From NCBI GenBank assembly GCA_052389415.1, contig JBQTHX010000055.1:1-64000 (forward strand): a stretch of 64,000 bases of DNA, read 5' to 3'. Below, piece by piece: positions 29,476 to 38,888 of the stretch (within the stretch, counting starts at the first letter, position 1; every line of letters begins with the position of its first letter). This DNA comes from Nitrosopumilaceae archaeon. Lineage in GTDB: Archaea; Thermoproteota; Nitrososphaeria; Nitrososphaerales; Nitrosopumilaceae. The position numbers were made by a program, and so were the translations under genes. The notes beneath the pieces were generated by a model, which saw only the letters and a list, made by a program, of their open reading frames with translations, ran no database searches and had not been told where the DNA came from.

Positions 29476-30864
29476 TTATTGCAACGATTTTGCTATTTTT
29501 ACTAGATCATCAGGCGGTATGTTGCTGGTTCCTGTCAACCAAATGAAAAGGTTTCCGTCATGCATTCTTAGTGTTGGGCCATCTATCCAATCGTTTACAA
29601 CAGCCAAATTTCCATTTATATCAACAAGGCTGAGTTGTATCTTTAACTCAGGTCTATCTTTTAGAATTGAATTGTATTCTTCAATAGCAGCTGATGTTCC
29701 GTTTACTTTTATTCCATTTTCTTTGTTAATCACGCTATTGTCTATAATGTGCAAAAGAATACTGCCTTTTCTTTTCCATAATTCATGTTCGCTTGGATAG
29801 AAATTATTCTTATCTACAGGTTGATTCCAAAAAAAGACGTATACTTCATTAGGGGAAAAAGGAGTACCACATTTGAACTCGTAACCAGGCGGTAAATATG
29901 ACGGAATTTTTAGGAATAGCATTCTTTCTTTTGTTTCCTTGATAGACAAACAGTAGCGATTTTCATCAGCATCTGTCATTGGATCCAAAGTAATTGTGGC
30001 AAAGTTGCGTACCCTTGCCCATCCTCTCTGAATTAATTTACTTTCGGTCTCGTCACTTACACACGCTGGAGTACCCTCCCTTGCTTTGGATATCAATTGA
30101 AAACCATGTCTACACTCTATGTTACCAAAGTTCACGCCTTTCTTATGCTGCTGCAAAGGTGGAAATTCCTTTGTGACGTCACTCAGCTTTCCTGTGTCTG
30201 ATAGAAGTGGACCTGAAGTGATTCTCCCTGATTCGTCTACCAAGAACTGCCAATCTATTCTAGTAGCACATGTATCATGATTTATCCAGTTTGAAACATC
30301 GGAATTGAATACCAAAGCATGAAAACGATATTGACCTTTTGCTATCGTATAAGGTATGTAGCTAATATCATAATCTGGAATGTATAGAAATTGTTTGTAG
30401 TTTACCGATTCATCAATTCGAAAAGTCTTTCCTGACTGTAAAATCCACGCAATTGATTGGTAGCCTTGATACAGACCAGCTGATGTTAGGTTATTCCCAT
30501 TGTAAAGTTTGACCAAATAGGAAGAGTTGTTATTATTTGGTAATTCGGCGTGAAGATAACTGCCATGATTTGGACCAGCCACTACTACGAAGAGGTGACT
30601 CGAAGTTTTATTAATAATCCATTCTATGTTTCGTAAATCCAATTCTCCTGAACCAATTTTTGTATTCATATTACAAAAATCACTTGGGTTTATGTTATAC
30701 TCTAGAATACCTTGGCCAAAACTGTGTAATTCCACAACTGCTCTGTCATTTGGAGGTGGCTGAGGTGGCAAAGTTCGTATTGATTCAAAAATCACAATAA
30801 AGGATAAAGTTCCAATAATTGCAATAGCTGCTAAAGCAATTAGAGAAAGATGTAAAGCTTTCAT
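29476..30864 (-). CDS. Exported modular protein (MKxLHLS-type leader, internal ACV..RGW module)
   Basis: MKALHLSLIALAA leader; CRHGFQLISKAREGTPACVSDETESKLIQRGW; distinct C-terminal domain (PSYLPPGY, VDING). Confidence 0.8.
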   Translation of the reverse strand: MKALHLSLIALAAIAIIGTLSFIVIFESIRTLPPQPPPNDRAVVELHSFGQGILEYNINPSDFCNMNTKIGSGELDLRNIEWIINKTSSHLFVVVAGPNHGSYLHAELPNNNNSSYLVKLYNGNNLTSAGLYQGYQSIAWILQSGKTFRIDESVNYKQFLYIPDYDISYIPYTIAKGQYRFHALVFNSDVSNWINHDTCATRIDWQFLVDESGRITSGPLLSDTGKLSDVTKEFPPLQQHKKGVNFGNIECRHGFQLISKAREGTPACVSDETESKLIQRGWARVRNFATITLDPMTDADENRYCLSIKETKERMLFLKIPSYLPPGYEFKCGTPFSPNEVYVFFWNQPVDKNNFYPSEHELWKRKGSILLHIIDNSVINKENGIKVNGTSAAIEEYNSILKDRPELKIQLSLVDINGNLAVVNDWIDGPTLRMHDGNLFIWLTGTSNIPPDDLVKIAKSLQ

Positions 30865-30886
30865 ATAGAATCAAGGCAAATTTTCA

Positions 30887-30913
30887 TTTTTAGAGATTGC
30901 TTACAAATTGTAG
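30887..30913 (-). promoter_or_regulatory. Shared promoter repeat, copy 2
   Basis: CTACAATTTGTAAGCAATCTCTAAAAA ending 23 bp before the start codon. Confidence 0.7.
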
Positions 30914-32083
30914 TTAAATCTTATTCATTTTGGTTCTTGAAATTATCAAAATAATTACCATGCTTGCAACCAAGGCTAAGATAACTATTGGAAATTCTGG
31001 AATTATTGTTGTGCCAGTAATCTCTATGACAAGTGGAGAATCTTTATGGGAATAATCAAGATTGATTATTGAATGGGTAGTATTTTTTTGCAATGAATAA
31101 TTGAATTGAGTATTAATGTATGCTTTAAGATCACCATCTAGCATAGAATGCGGTATCAGTAACTCCATCTGTCCAGTTGTACCATCCTTTCCATTTACTA
31201 ACAATGCTAAGGTCTTTGATTTTTTCATGAAAAATGGTTCATATGAACTAGAATTTGATGAAATGCTAAAATTTGAATCCTTATCCTCAGCTATCAGTTT
31301 GTAGTTTGAAGGTCCCCGAACATAGAAAAATTCGTTTCCTATAGGCTGCCCTGATGCACTAGTACCACCAGCTTGTAATGATGCACTTGCTTTGTATACG
31401 CCGCCATTAACCATAGATGGGATCTTCGTAGCTAAGAAGAACCTCCCATTTTCATCTGTCAATTTAGAATTACTAACTACAAGATTGTTTTGTGGATCGT
31501 GTATTTCTACTAGAATTGTTGCGTTACGCTGAATGAAACCTCCAACGGTATATTTTCCTTTTATCACTATGTCACTTCCTGGGTCATACCATTCTGTGGG
31601 AGTGTCTATGATTAATTCGTGAACACCAGCAGCCATTGACGTACCTAATAATTCAACTTCTTCAGACTGTGGACGCAAATCAAAACTATAAGTTCCCTTG
31701 GAACCAATTGCGAAAATCTCGTTTTTCATTTCCTCTCCGTCTTCAAGAACAAAGAGTTGCTCAAATTTGGGGCTTGAAATAGCAAAATTACCCGTGAATT
31801 TATACAGCCCAAAAGGGATAGCTAATTCTGCAAAACCAGGTTTGTCATTTGTATCGAGATTTAGAAGTAAACCGCCATAATCGTTTACAGTGATTTTTGT
31901 TATATTTCCATTTGTCATAACATAAGGAATAGTGTATTCTTTACCATCATGGATCAACTTGAAAATCTTAACATGTGGGTTTTCTTCAGGAGTTTGTCCA
32001 TAAATTGTGTTCAGACTAAAAGCAAGTATGTAGAGCGAAAACGCGACAATGATGTGCGTTCCATCAATTGTATTCAGATTCAT
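30914..32083 (-). CDS. PEFG/PEF-CTERM sorting-signal surface protein
   Basis: Signal peptide; C-terminal IPEFP + TM + basic tail; internal repeated beta domain. Confidence 0.85.
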   Translation of the reverse strand: MNLNTIDGTHIIVAFSLYILAFSLNTIYGQTPEENPHVKIFKLIHDGKEYTIPYVMTNGNITKITVNDYGGLLLNLDTNDKPGFAELAIPFGLYKFTGNFAISSPKFEQLFVLEDGEEMKNEIFAIGSKGTYSFDLRPQSEEVELLGTSMAAGVHELIIDTPTEWYDPGSDIVIKGKYTVGGFIQRNATILVEIHDPQNNLVVSNSKLTDENGRFFLATKIPSMVNGGVYKASASLQAGGTSASGQPIGNEFFYVRGPSNYKLIAEDKDSNFSISSNSSSYEPFFMKKSKTLALLVNGKDGTTGQMELLIPHSMLDGDLKAYINTQFNYSLQKNTTHSIINLDYSHKDSPLVIEITGTTIIPEFPIVILALVASMVIILIISRTKMNKI

Positions 32084-32342
32084 TTAGATTGATTGAAAAT
32101 GCTTGACTTATTTCAGTTTGTATCATCAACCATATAACAAGTAATAAGAATTCAATTATTTTCATTTTAGATACGAATTGTTCCAAAAATTTACACATGG
32201 TAGTTGTGTATGCGTAACTAAAATATTCTGAAATGAATTCAGTATGGTTTGAATCCTGTAGGACCCAGCCACAAGTCATCTGATTATATTTCGTACCTTC
32301 CCTTCTTTATGACATATAGAAGTATCCTAGTAGTATCCACAA

Positions 32343-32609
32343 ATGATAGTAATTTCAGTATCAAAACGATGGTATCATCCACGATCAGAGATAAGAGAAC
32401 ATGGAAAAAATGGTGCAAAGAAACGATGGTTTGTATTTTATTTCAATGAAGAAGAAAAATTGAGAACAAAAAGGATACAATGGTATCAGGTATGGTGGTA
32501 CAAACTACAAACGACCCACAAAAAAAGAATGATCTGCATTCGATGCGGTAACAAATTTTTAGTCTATGTTCGTAATCTCAAGCAGGTTATAGAATGTCCT
32601 TACTGTTGA
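32343..32609 (+). CDS. Small basic zinc-ribbon protein (element-encoded)
   Basis: CIRCGNKF...ECPYC. Confidence 0.65.
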   Translation: MIVISVSKRWYHPRSEIREHGKNGAKKRWFVFYFNEEEKLRTKRIQWYQVWWYKLQTTHKKRMICIRCGNKFLVYVRNLKQVIECPYC

Positions 32610-33034
32610 ATCAGAGTTTTTCTCTTCAAGTTTCCTATGACTTGAGGAAAAAGGTATTTTGTAATATCAATATCATTTTCCTTGTAAGCAGGGTAAGGAG
32701 TGTTGACGTACTGACGAATTCTGCATTTTTTTGATCTAGAATGAGTAAAAGTTAACCAAAATTCTGGCATTCTTGGTATTCTTGTAGATTCTTTTACTTT
32801 GATAACTTTGAACCCTGTCGGATCATTCTCGATTTGTTTGACTATTGTTTCAAGTTCAGCAGATGATCTAGCATAACATTCCCATGTAGTTTGTGCCTTT
32901 ACTAAATTCGGATTATTAATTTCAACGGTAATGGAATAGACAAATGGAATCTTGACATCATACAGTCTGAATTCTGTTTCTTTTTCAAATGCAATTGTAG
33001 CTTCGGTGAAAGTGTTTTTTGGTTTTCTTCCCAC
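32600..33034 (-). CDS. Hypothetical protein (element-encoded)
   Basis: 144-aa ORF, GTG start, divergent from the integrase. Confidence 0.65.
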   Translation of the reverse strand: MGRKPKNTFTEATIAFEKETEFRLYDVKIPFVYSITVEINNPNLVKAQTTWECYARSSAELETIVKQIENDPTGFKVIKVKESTRIPRMPEFWLTFTHSRSKKCRIRQYVNTPYPAYKENDIDITKYLFPQVIGNLKRKTLIQQ

Positions 33035-33160
33035 TGGTATAGTGTACCTTCACTTGTATAAAATCCCTAAATTCCATAGTTAAGGAAATGGTAACTAAAA
33101 CCGAAGACAATTCAGAAATGATGAAAAGGGTAAATACTATAAATTCACACTGTAAATTCG

Positions 33161-33185
33161 ATGAGGACTGCATAGTGCAGTCTGA
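33161..33185 (+). promoter_or_regulatory. Box C/D-like (k-turn-type) hairpin in the putative integrase 5' leader
   Basis: ATGAGGA-CTGCA-TAG-TGCAG-T-CTGA, about 25 bp after a TATA-like element and 13 nt before ATG 33199. Confidence 0.5.
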
Positions 33186-33198
33186 TGTGGGAAACAAA

Positions 33199-34377
33199 AT
33201 GGCAAATATGAAACGTAATCAACCTGCCAAAACACTACTTTCAACAGACCCAGATCTTAGAAGATGGTATGACAACCTTGCGCGCGGTAGCCAGCTTACA
33301 GCAGACGTACGACTAAGACGATTGGTCCACTTTTGCAAAAAACATGATACCACTCCCTTAGATCTTGCCAAGCTTGCACAAAGTAACATTCGAGATGTTA
33401 CTGATCTTATAGAAGACCATGTAACATGGATGGAAGAGCAGCAATTTTCACCAGGCTATGTAGAGGACACGATAAAATCTGTCAAGTCATGGCTGCGACA
33501 CTTTGAGGTCGAGATAAAAAGAAGAATCAAGATTTCAAACATTGACAGCACACCGACACTACAAAACGAGCGAGTACCTAATGAAGAAGAGATCTCTGAG
33601 ATGTTAAACAGAACATCGTTAAGAGAATCTGTTATCATTTCTCTGATTGCAAAATCAGGACTACGACCACAAGTGATAGGAAATTACAACGGCACAGATG
33701 GATTGAAGATAGGAGATCTGCCTGACCTTGTAATAGAAGAAAAAGAAGCTAGATTTCTCCAAGAACCTCCAAGAGTTGTAGTTAGAAGAACTATCTCAAA
33801 AGCAAGACACCAATACTTCACCTTCCTTACGTCTAGTGCAACAAGAAAAGTTCTAGCATATCTCAACGACAGAATCTCACGTGGTGAGAAATTGTCAAGA
33901 GACTCGTCCCTTGTATCTCCCGAAACAAGATATCGATACGGACGAGGAAAGAATGCAGACAAAAAGTATCTTCCAACCCAACGAATTTCACACCTTGTCA
34001 GAAAAGTGTTCAGACCAAGATTCAGCTGGAGGCCTTATGTGCTTAGAGCATACTTTGATACACAGCTATTGATGGCAGAATCCAGAGGAAAGATCGCCCA
34101 TGATTTTAGAACATTTTTCATGGGTCACAAGGGAACAATAGAAGCAAGATACACAACAAACAAGGGAATAATTCCTGAAACTTTGTTACGTGAAATGCAA
34201 AACGCATTCAAACGAAGCGAGGAATTCCTAGACCTTGATCTTGTGATCACAGAAAGAGAGAAAGTAAAAACAGATGACATCATAAACAATGTTATTCAAA
34301 ATGCAACTGCAGCTGATCTTGCAAACATGCAAAAACTTCTTCAGAGCTGGGCAAACGAAATACTATCAAGAAGATGA
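33199..34377 (+). CDS. Tyrosine recombinase / integrase (ORF open from 33088; start at 33199 or 33208 preferred)
   Basis: SGLRP, YVLRAYF, MGH, EARY catalytic pattern; adjacent to the tRNA att. Confidence 0.92.
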   Translation: MANMKRNQPAKTLLSTDPDLRRWYDNLARGSQLTADVRLRRLVHFCKKHDTTPLDLAKLAQSNIRDVTDLIEDHVTWMEEQQFSPGYVEDTIKSVKSWLRHFEVEIKRRIKISNIDSTPTLQNERVPNEEEISEMLNRTSLRESVIISLIAKSGLRPQVIGNYNGTDGLKIGDLPDLVIEEKEARFLQEPPRVVVRRTISKARHQYFTFLTSSATRKVLAYLNDRISRGEKLSRDSSLVSPETRYRYGRGKNADKKYLPTQRISHLVRKVFRPRFSWRPYVLRAYFDTQLLMAESRGKIAHDFRTFFMGHKGTIEARYTTNKGIIPETLLREMQNAFKRSEEFLDLDLVITEREKVKTDDIINNVIQNATAADLANMQKLLQSWANEILSRR

Positions 34378-34436
34378 TTCTGATCAAAACTAGAAAATTC
34401 TGAATTTTTGACTGGGTTCCAAACGGTATGTAGGAG

Positions 34437-34510
34437 TGGACCGGGTGGGATTTGAACCCACGATCTCACCCATGCCAAGGGCGTATCCTACCAGACTAGA
34501 CGACCGGCCC
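34437..34510 (-). tRNA. tRNA-Ala(GGC)
   Basis: GGGCCGG/CCGGTCC acceptor with G3:U70, CGCCC-TTGGCAT-GGGTG anticodon arm. Confidence 0.95.
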
Positions 34511-34645
34511 AAATTTTTTATCAGAACATCTCTCTGATTTGCATTAACTTTTTTTGAGCTGTTATTAACGTTTAGCTGCATTTAGAAAATTTTTCTTGAT
34601 TAAAATAGCATAAGATATTTAACTATCAATCATGACACATTTCGC

Positions 34646-35485
34646 GTGGTCGTCGATAATAAAGCGACTTTAACATATATTCAAGTACAAAAAGAAGATC
34701 TTGCAATTTTCAGAATAAAACCAGTGGAAGGACCAATTCCAGAATACAAAGCAGGTCAATTCATTACAATAGGTATGCATGTACCAAGTGAAAACAAGAT
34801 TATTCGTAGAGCATACTCTATTGCTTCAAATCCGGAAAACAGAAAATATATCGAATTATACATAAGATGGGTACGAAAACCTTTACCTGGTCGTCTTACT
34901 ACGCAACTTTTTAGTGCAAAAGAGGGAGATGAGATAGTTTGGATAAAACCGACTGGTGCTTTTACACTTGATGATAAAAAGGCCGATGGTTCAGATGACG
35001 ATAGAAGAATAGTCTGCTTGGGAGGAGGTACTGGTTTAGCTCCTTTCGTCAGTCTTGCTCAATCTTTACATGCTGCTGGAAGCAAACGTGAATTAGTAAT
35101 ATTACACGGAGCAAGCTATGTCGATGAACTTGGTTACAAAGACCTTTTGACTGATTTAGAAAATGAGAGTCTAGATAGAGGCAAGGACAAATGGAATTTC
35201 AGATATAGGGCCACAATTAGTAGACCTCAAGAATGGTTTAACAGATCATGGAGTGGACAAGTAGGCAGGGTGGAAACTTTTCTTAGATCAAAAGATGGTG
35301 ATCAGTCGCCTCTTGAAAAATTGGTAGGTGAGAAAATCACGAATGAAAACACAGTATTTCTAATTTGCGGCTGGCAAGGAACTATCGATGGTTGTATGGA
35401 TTATCTTGGACCAAAAGGTTTTGTTACAGAAAGAAATAAACGACCAGACAAGAGTTTTGAAATAAAATACGAATCATACGGATAA
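34646..35485 (+). CDS. fpr: Ferredoxin-NADP+ reductase
   Basis: GQF, RRAYSIAS, GGTGLAPF, ICG motifs. Confidence 0.92.
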   Translation: MVVDNKATLTYIQVQKEDLAIFRIKPVEGPIPEYKAGQFITIGMHVPSENKIIRRAYSIASNPENRKYIELYIRWVRKPLPGRLTTQLFSAKEGDEIVWIKPTGAFTLDDKKADGSDDDRRIVCLGGGTGLAPFVSLAQSLHAAGSKRELVILHGASYVDELGYKDLLTDLENESLDRGKDKWNFRYRATISRPQEWFNRSWSGQVGRVETFLRSKDGDQSPLEKLVGEKITNENTVFLICGWQGTIDGCMDYLGPKGFVTERNKRPDKSFEIKYESYG

Positions 35486-35532
35486 GAATCTCTTTTGAAA
35501 AGATAATATTGTATAGATAGAGGCTGATCTAC

Positions 35533-35606
35533 GGGGACGTAGGTCAGCTTGGCAGACTGCCAGCCTCGGGCGCTGGATGTCGTGGGTTCAAGTCCCATCG
35601 TCCCCA
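35533..35606 (+). tRNA. tRNA-Pro(CGG)
   Basis: GGGGACG/CGTCCCC acceptor, CCAGC-CTCGGGC-GCTGG anticodon arm. Confidence 0.95.
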
Positions 35607-35619
35607 GTTGATAAAAAAC

Positions 35620-36228
35620 TTACTTTGTTATTGAAATCGTTTCAGTTTCTATACATGCATTTCTTGGACTAGGAGTACCCATGTATCTGCCATAAACACA
35701 TAGTTTTCCTTCTTCCGCGTCAGCTGAAATCCAAATCTGATGAGACCCCCTCATTGGAGATTCTCGTTTTGCGTTATTACCGGTATATTTGGGATCTTTA
35801 AGACTGAGTGTCTTTCCGATAAAATGCACATGCGATTCATCAGAGTCTCCAGCAAATGGATTTCCTTTGCCGCTTACTAGATTGACTGCTTTCCAACTTC
35901 CAGTTATTTCTCGGCTACCAACAGAAATAGAATATTTTCCCCACCCAGAAATCTTTCCTTCTTCTGGGTCGTATACACCATGACCGGATATCGTGATAGT
36001 TCCTCTTTTTACCTTGATTGCAGTATTATCAATTTGGAAATAGTGTGGATTTGAGATTTCTATTTGCTCCATATGTCTCATTTTTTCAATGCTCTTATTA
36101 GAGGACATACTTTTCATCGATGTTTTATCTTTCATTGACATCTGCTCGCCAGGCATTGCAAAACTAGAGGCAACTGGAATTAGTAGTACCGGTATAATTG
36201 ATAATGCGAGAAGCATTTTGTGATTCAA
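35620..36228 (-). CDS. Exported protein with Met-rich N-terminus
   Basis: Signal peptide then MPGEQMSMKDKTSMKSMSS; beta-rich body with a Cys pair. Confidence 0.75.
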   Translation of the reverse strand: MNHKMLLALSIIPVLLIPVASSFAMPGEQMSMKDKTSMKSMSSNKSIEKMRHMEQIEISNPHYFQIDNTAIKVKRGTITISGHGVYDPEEGKISGWGKYSISVGSREITGSWKAVNLVSGKGNPFAGDSDESHVHFIGKTLSLKDPKYTGNNAKRESPMRGSHQIWISADAEEGKLCVYGRYMGTPSPRNACIETETISITK

Positions 36229-36397
36229 TTTCTGTACACAATCCAGACGTTGTAATTTATTAGTCTTGTGTACAAATTATCTGCTGTTACAATCATTCAT
36301 CAAAACAGGGTTTTTACGAATCACCACATAAATCCAATATTTTTAAAATAATTGTGTTAAGCATTGAAATATACGGGATTTTTAATATGAAATACGA

Positions 36398-37003
36398 TTG
36401 GCAGTTGCTATATATCTGGCACATCTGAATCCTGTGACAAAGGCCCATGTTGAAATTATCGAACATCTAAAAAGAACCAATTCAGTCAGAGTTTATCCTG
36501 TAATATTTAGTTTTAAAGGAAAGGAAATAAACAGTAAAAGTTTTCCTTTCACTTTCGAATTGCGTAAAAATATGCTTCATTCTGTTTTTGGGGATTCGAT
36601 CTCAATTCAATCAAGCTATTCATTCTCTGCACCTTTCATTAAATACATGCCACCGCTATTTTCTCCTTTTTCATGGAGAATAAAAAAACAGATTCTGGAA
36701 GGTGTTTCTGATGATTATTTTACATATACTGGTGATAAAGCCGAAGGTATAGTACTAAAACTATATGGATTAAAGCCAAGGATAGGAATAAGAAGAACAA
36801 TCTCAGCCTCGCTTGTAAAAGAGAAAATGTTCGATGCTGCTCTGGGTAAAGAATCAGATTGGGAAAAGTATGTTCCATCTGAGGTTGTAAAAATAATTCA
36901 CGAGCATTGGGATGTTGTTAAACAATATGCGTCCTCAGATGACTTTACGTATAGATTACTTGGAATGAAATTTCCAAAAAATGGTTTTTGGTTAGAGAAA
37001 TAG
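36398..37003 (+). CDS. HIGH-type nucleotidyltransferase-like protein
   Basis: HLNPVTKAH, ISASLVK, WEKYVPSEV resemble NMNAT/cytidyltransferase. Confidence 0.75.
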   Translation: MAVAIYLAHLNPVTKAHVEIIEHLKRTNSVRVYPVIFSFKGKEINSKSFPFTFELRKNMLHSVFGDSISIQSSYSFSAPFIKYMPPLFSPFSWRIKKQILEGVSDDYFTYTGDKAEGIVLKLYGLKPRIGIRRTISASLVKEKMFDAALGKESDWEKYVPSEVVKIIHEHWDVVKQYASSDDFTYRLLGMKFPKNGFWLEK

Positions 37004-37032
37004 ATTAATTATCGACTATTTCGTTGTTTAAT

Positions 37033-37950
37033 ATGAAATCTTTTCGTCCAAAATTTGCTTGGTTTGATGGTAAGTTTGTAAGATTGGAAGAAGCAAAGGT
37101 ACCAGTTATGACACATGCTATTCATTATGGAACTTCAGTTTTCGAAGGATTACGTGCGTACTGGAATTCAAAAAACTTGAACATATTCAGATTAGATGAT
37201 CACATCAAAAGATTCAGAAATTCAGGCAAGATATACTCTATTAATTTAAAATTTACAAATAAAGAAATTTCGAATGCCATAATTGATTTATGCAAAAAAA
37301 ATAATGCAAGCCAATCATGCTACATTAGACCGTTTTACTTTGTTGGTGAATATGGAATAAACTTGAATGTGACAATGAAAACCCCAACACACACAGCAAT
37401 TGTAATGTTTGGATTTGGTGATTTATTTAACAAAAATGGAATAAACGTTGGAATTTCATCATGGAGGAGAATTCACGATGTTTCAACACCACCTCTTGCC
37501 AAGATGGGAGGCAATTATCTTAATTCAATTTTAGCAACTCAAGAAGCAAAAAGAAACGGATATGACGAATCTATTTTGCTTGATCATCTAGGAAATGTAA
37601 GCGAGGCTCCTGGTGAGAACATCTTTATCCTAAGAAGGGGAAATCTCATAACTCCACCATCTAGTTCCTCGGCTTTAGAAGGTATAACAAAAGAATCTGT
37701 AATAGAGATCGCTCGAAAGCAGGGATACGAAGTTATTGAAAGAGAAATGCCGCGCACTGAACTTTATCTTGCAGATGAGGTTTTCCTTACAGGAACTGCT
37801 GCAGAAATAACCCCTGTGATTTCTGTCGACGGGAAAAAGATAGGCGGCGGGATAGTTGGAAATGTGACAAAACAAATCAGTTCAACATATTCAGACATAA
37901 CAATGGGCAAGAATAAGAAATTCTCTCATTGGATGACGGCAGTGTATTAG
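37033..37950 (+). CDS. ilvE: Branched-chain amino acid aminotransferase
   Basis: HYGTSVFEG, AKMGGNY, EAPGENIF, LEGIT, GTAAE. Confidence 0.95.
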   Translation: MKSFRPKFAWFDGKFVRLEEAKVPVMTHAIHYGTSVFEGLRAYWNSKNLNIFRLDDHIKRFRNSGKIYSINLKFTNKEISNAIIDLCKKNNASQSCYIRPFYFVGEYGINLNVTMKTPTHTAIVMFGFGDLFNKNGINVGISSWRRIHDVSTPPLAKMGGNYLNSILATQEAKRNGYDESILLDHLGNVSEAPGENIFILRRGNLITPPSSSSALEGITKESVIEIARKQGYEVIEREMPRTELYLADEVFLTGTAAEITPVISVDGKKIGGGIVGNVTKQISSTYSDITMGKNKKFSHWMTAVY

Positions 37951-37952
37951 GT

Positions 37953-38888
37953 TTGAAAGTTGTTCAGATAGGAATTGGAGGATGGGGTAAAAACCACGCA
38001 CGAGTTCTTTCACAGTTAGGTGTCTTAACTGCCATTTGTGATAAAGACTACGATAGAGCAAAAGAATTCGGAGCAAAATACTCTGTGAACCACTTTACTT
38101 CTTTAGACTTACTTTTAAAATCAGAAAAATTTGACAGTGCTTTTGTTTGCACACCAACATCTACTCATTTCTCAATAGCATTAACTCTTTTACAACAAAG
38201 AAAGAATGTCTTTGTAGAAAAACCAATGACTTATCTTTCGAATGAGGGCTGTGAACTACATGATCTTGCAATTAGAAACAAAATGATACTCACATGTGGC
38301 TATATTGAAAGATTCAATCCGGCTGTCTCTCTTGTAAAAGAATATGTAAAATCAAAAAAATATGGCGAGCTTATTATGTTAGAATTCCACAGAGAAAATA
38401 GAATGCCGTTACATATGAAGGATGTAGGAATAATTCATGATACTTCAGTTCATGATATCGATACTGCAATGTGGCTTTTTGATGATACCCCAGAGGTTGT
38501 TTTCGCAAGATCTGGAAAAATAAAACACGAACATGAAGATTTTGCCAACATAGTACTTGGTTTCAAGAATAACAGAGTTGCAGTTATTTCCTCCAATTGG
38601 ATAACTCCCACTCGAGTAAGAAAATTTAAGGCAGTATGTGGAGATGCAATAATATCTTCGGATTTTATTTCACAAGAAGTCAAGATTGAAACAGACGCAG
38701 GCATAGAAATTCCTCAAAAAGATTTTGAAGAACCACTAGTTTTAGAGATAAAGAATTTTCTTATGGCCTGTGAGGGAAAAGAGGATTCGTTGGTGAAACC
38801 CAATCAAGCAATAAACACAACAAAAATTGCTGAAGCGGCACTCTTATCTAGTCATAAAGGGATTCCGATTTATCTAGATCTAAAATGA
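37953..38888 (+). CDS. Gfo/Idh/MocA oxidoreductase (sugar-nucleotide dehydrogenase-like)
   Basis: GIGGWG, EKP, ERFNPAV, DTSVHDID. Confidence 0.9.
   Translation: MKVVQIGIGGWGKNHARVLSQLGVLTAICDKDYDRAKEFGAKYSVNHFTSLDLLLKSEKFDSAFVCTPTSTHFSIALTLLQQRKNVFVEKPMTYLSNEGCELHDLAIRNKMILTCGYIERFNPAVSLVKEYVKSKKYGELIMLEFHRENRMPLHMKDVGIIHDTSVHDIDTAMWLFDDTPEVVFARSGKIKHEHEDFANIVLGFKNNRVAVISSNWITPTRVRKFKAVCGDAIISSDFISQEVKIETDAGIEIPQKDFEEPLVLEIKNFLMACEGKEDSLVKPNQAINTTKIAEAALLSSHKGIPIYLDLK

Larger units (their letters stand above)
27691..34448. mobile_element. ~6.7-kb integrated element in tRNA-Ala(GGC)
   Basis: 14-bp direct repeats, tRNA-proximal tyrosine recombinase, cargo with no housekeeping genes. Confidence 0.85.

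Noticed and set aside
33088-33198. N-terminal extension of the integrase ORF
   Set aside because: Region contains a promoter-like element and a hairpin; a downstream ATG (33199 or 33208) is more plausible
28534-34377. Classical integron (IntI plus attC array)
   Set aside because: No RYYYAAC/GTTRRRY boxes, no recognisable IntI-specific insertion, and the integrase is explained by the tRNA att repeat; only an analogy is kept in the findings
34390-34581. 63-aa ORF over tRNA-Ala (also 35401-35598 over tRNA-Pro)
   Set aside because: Spurious frames crossing tRNA genes
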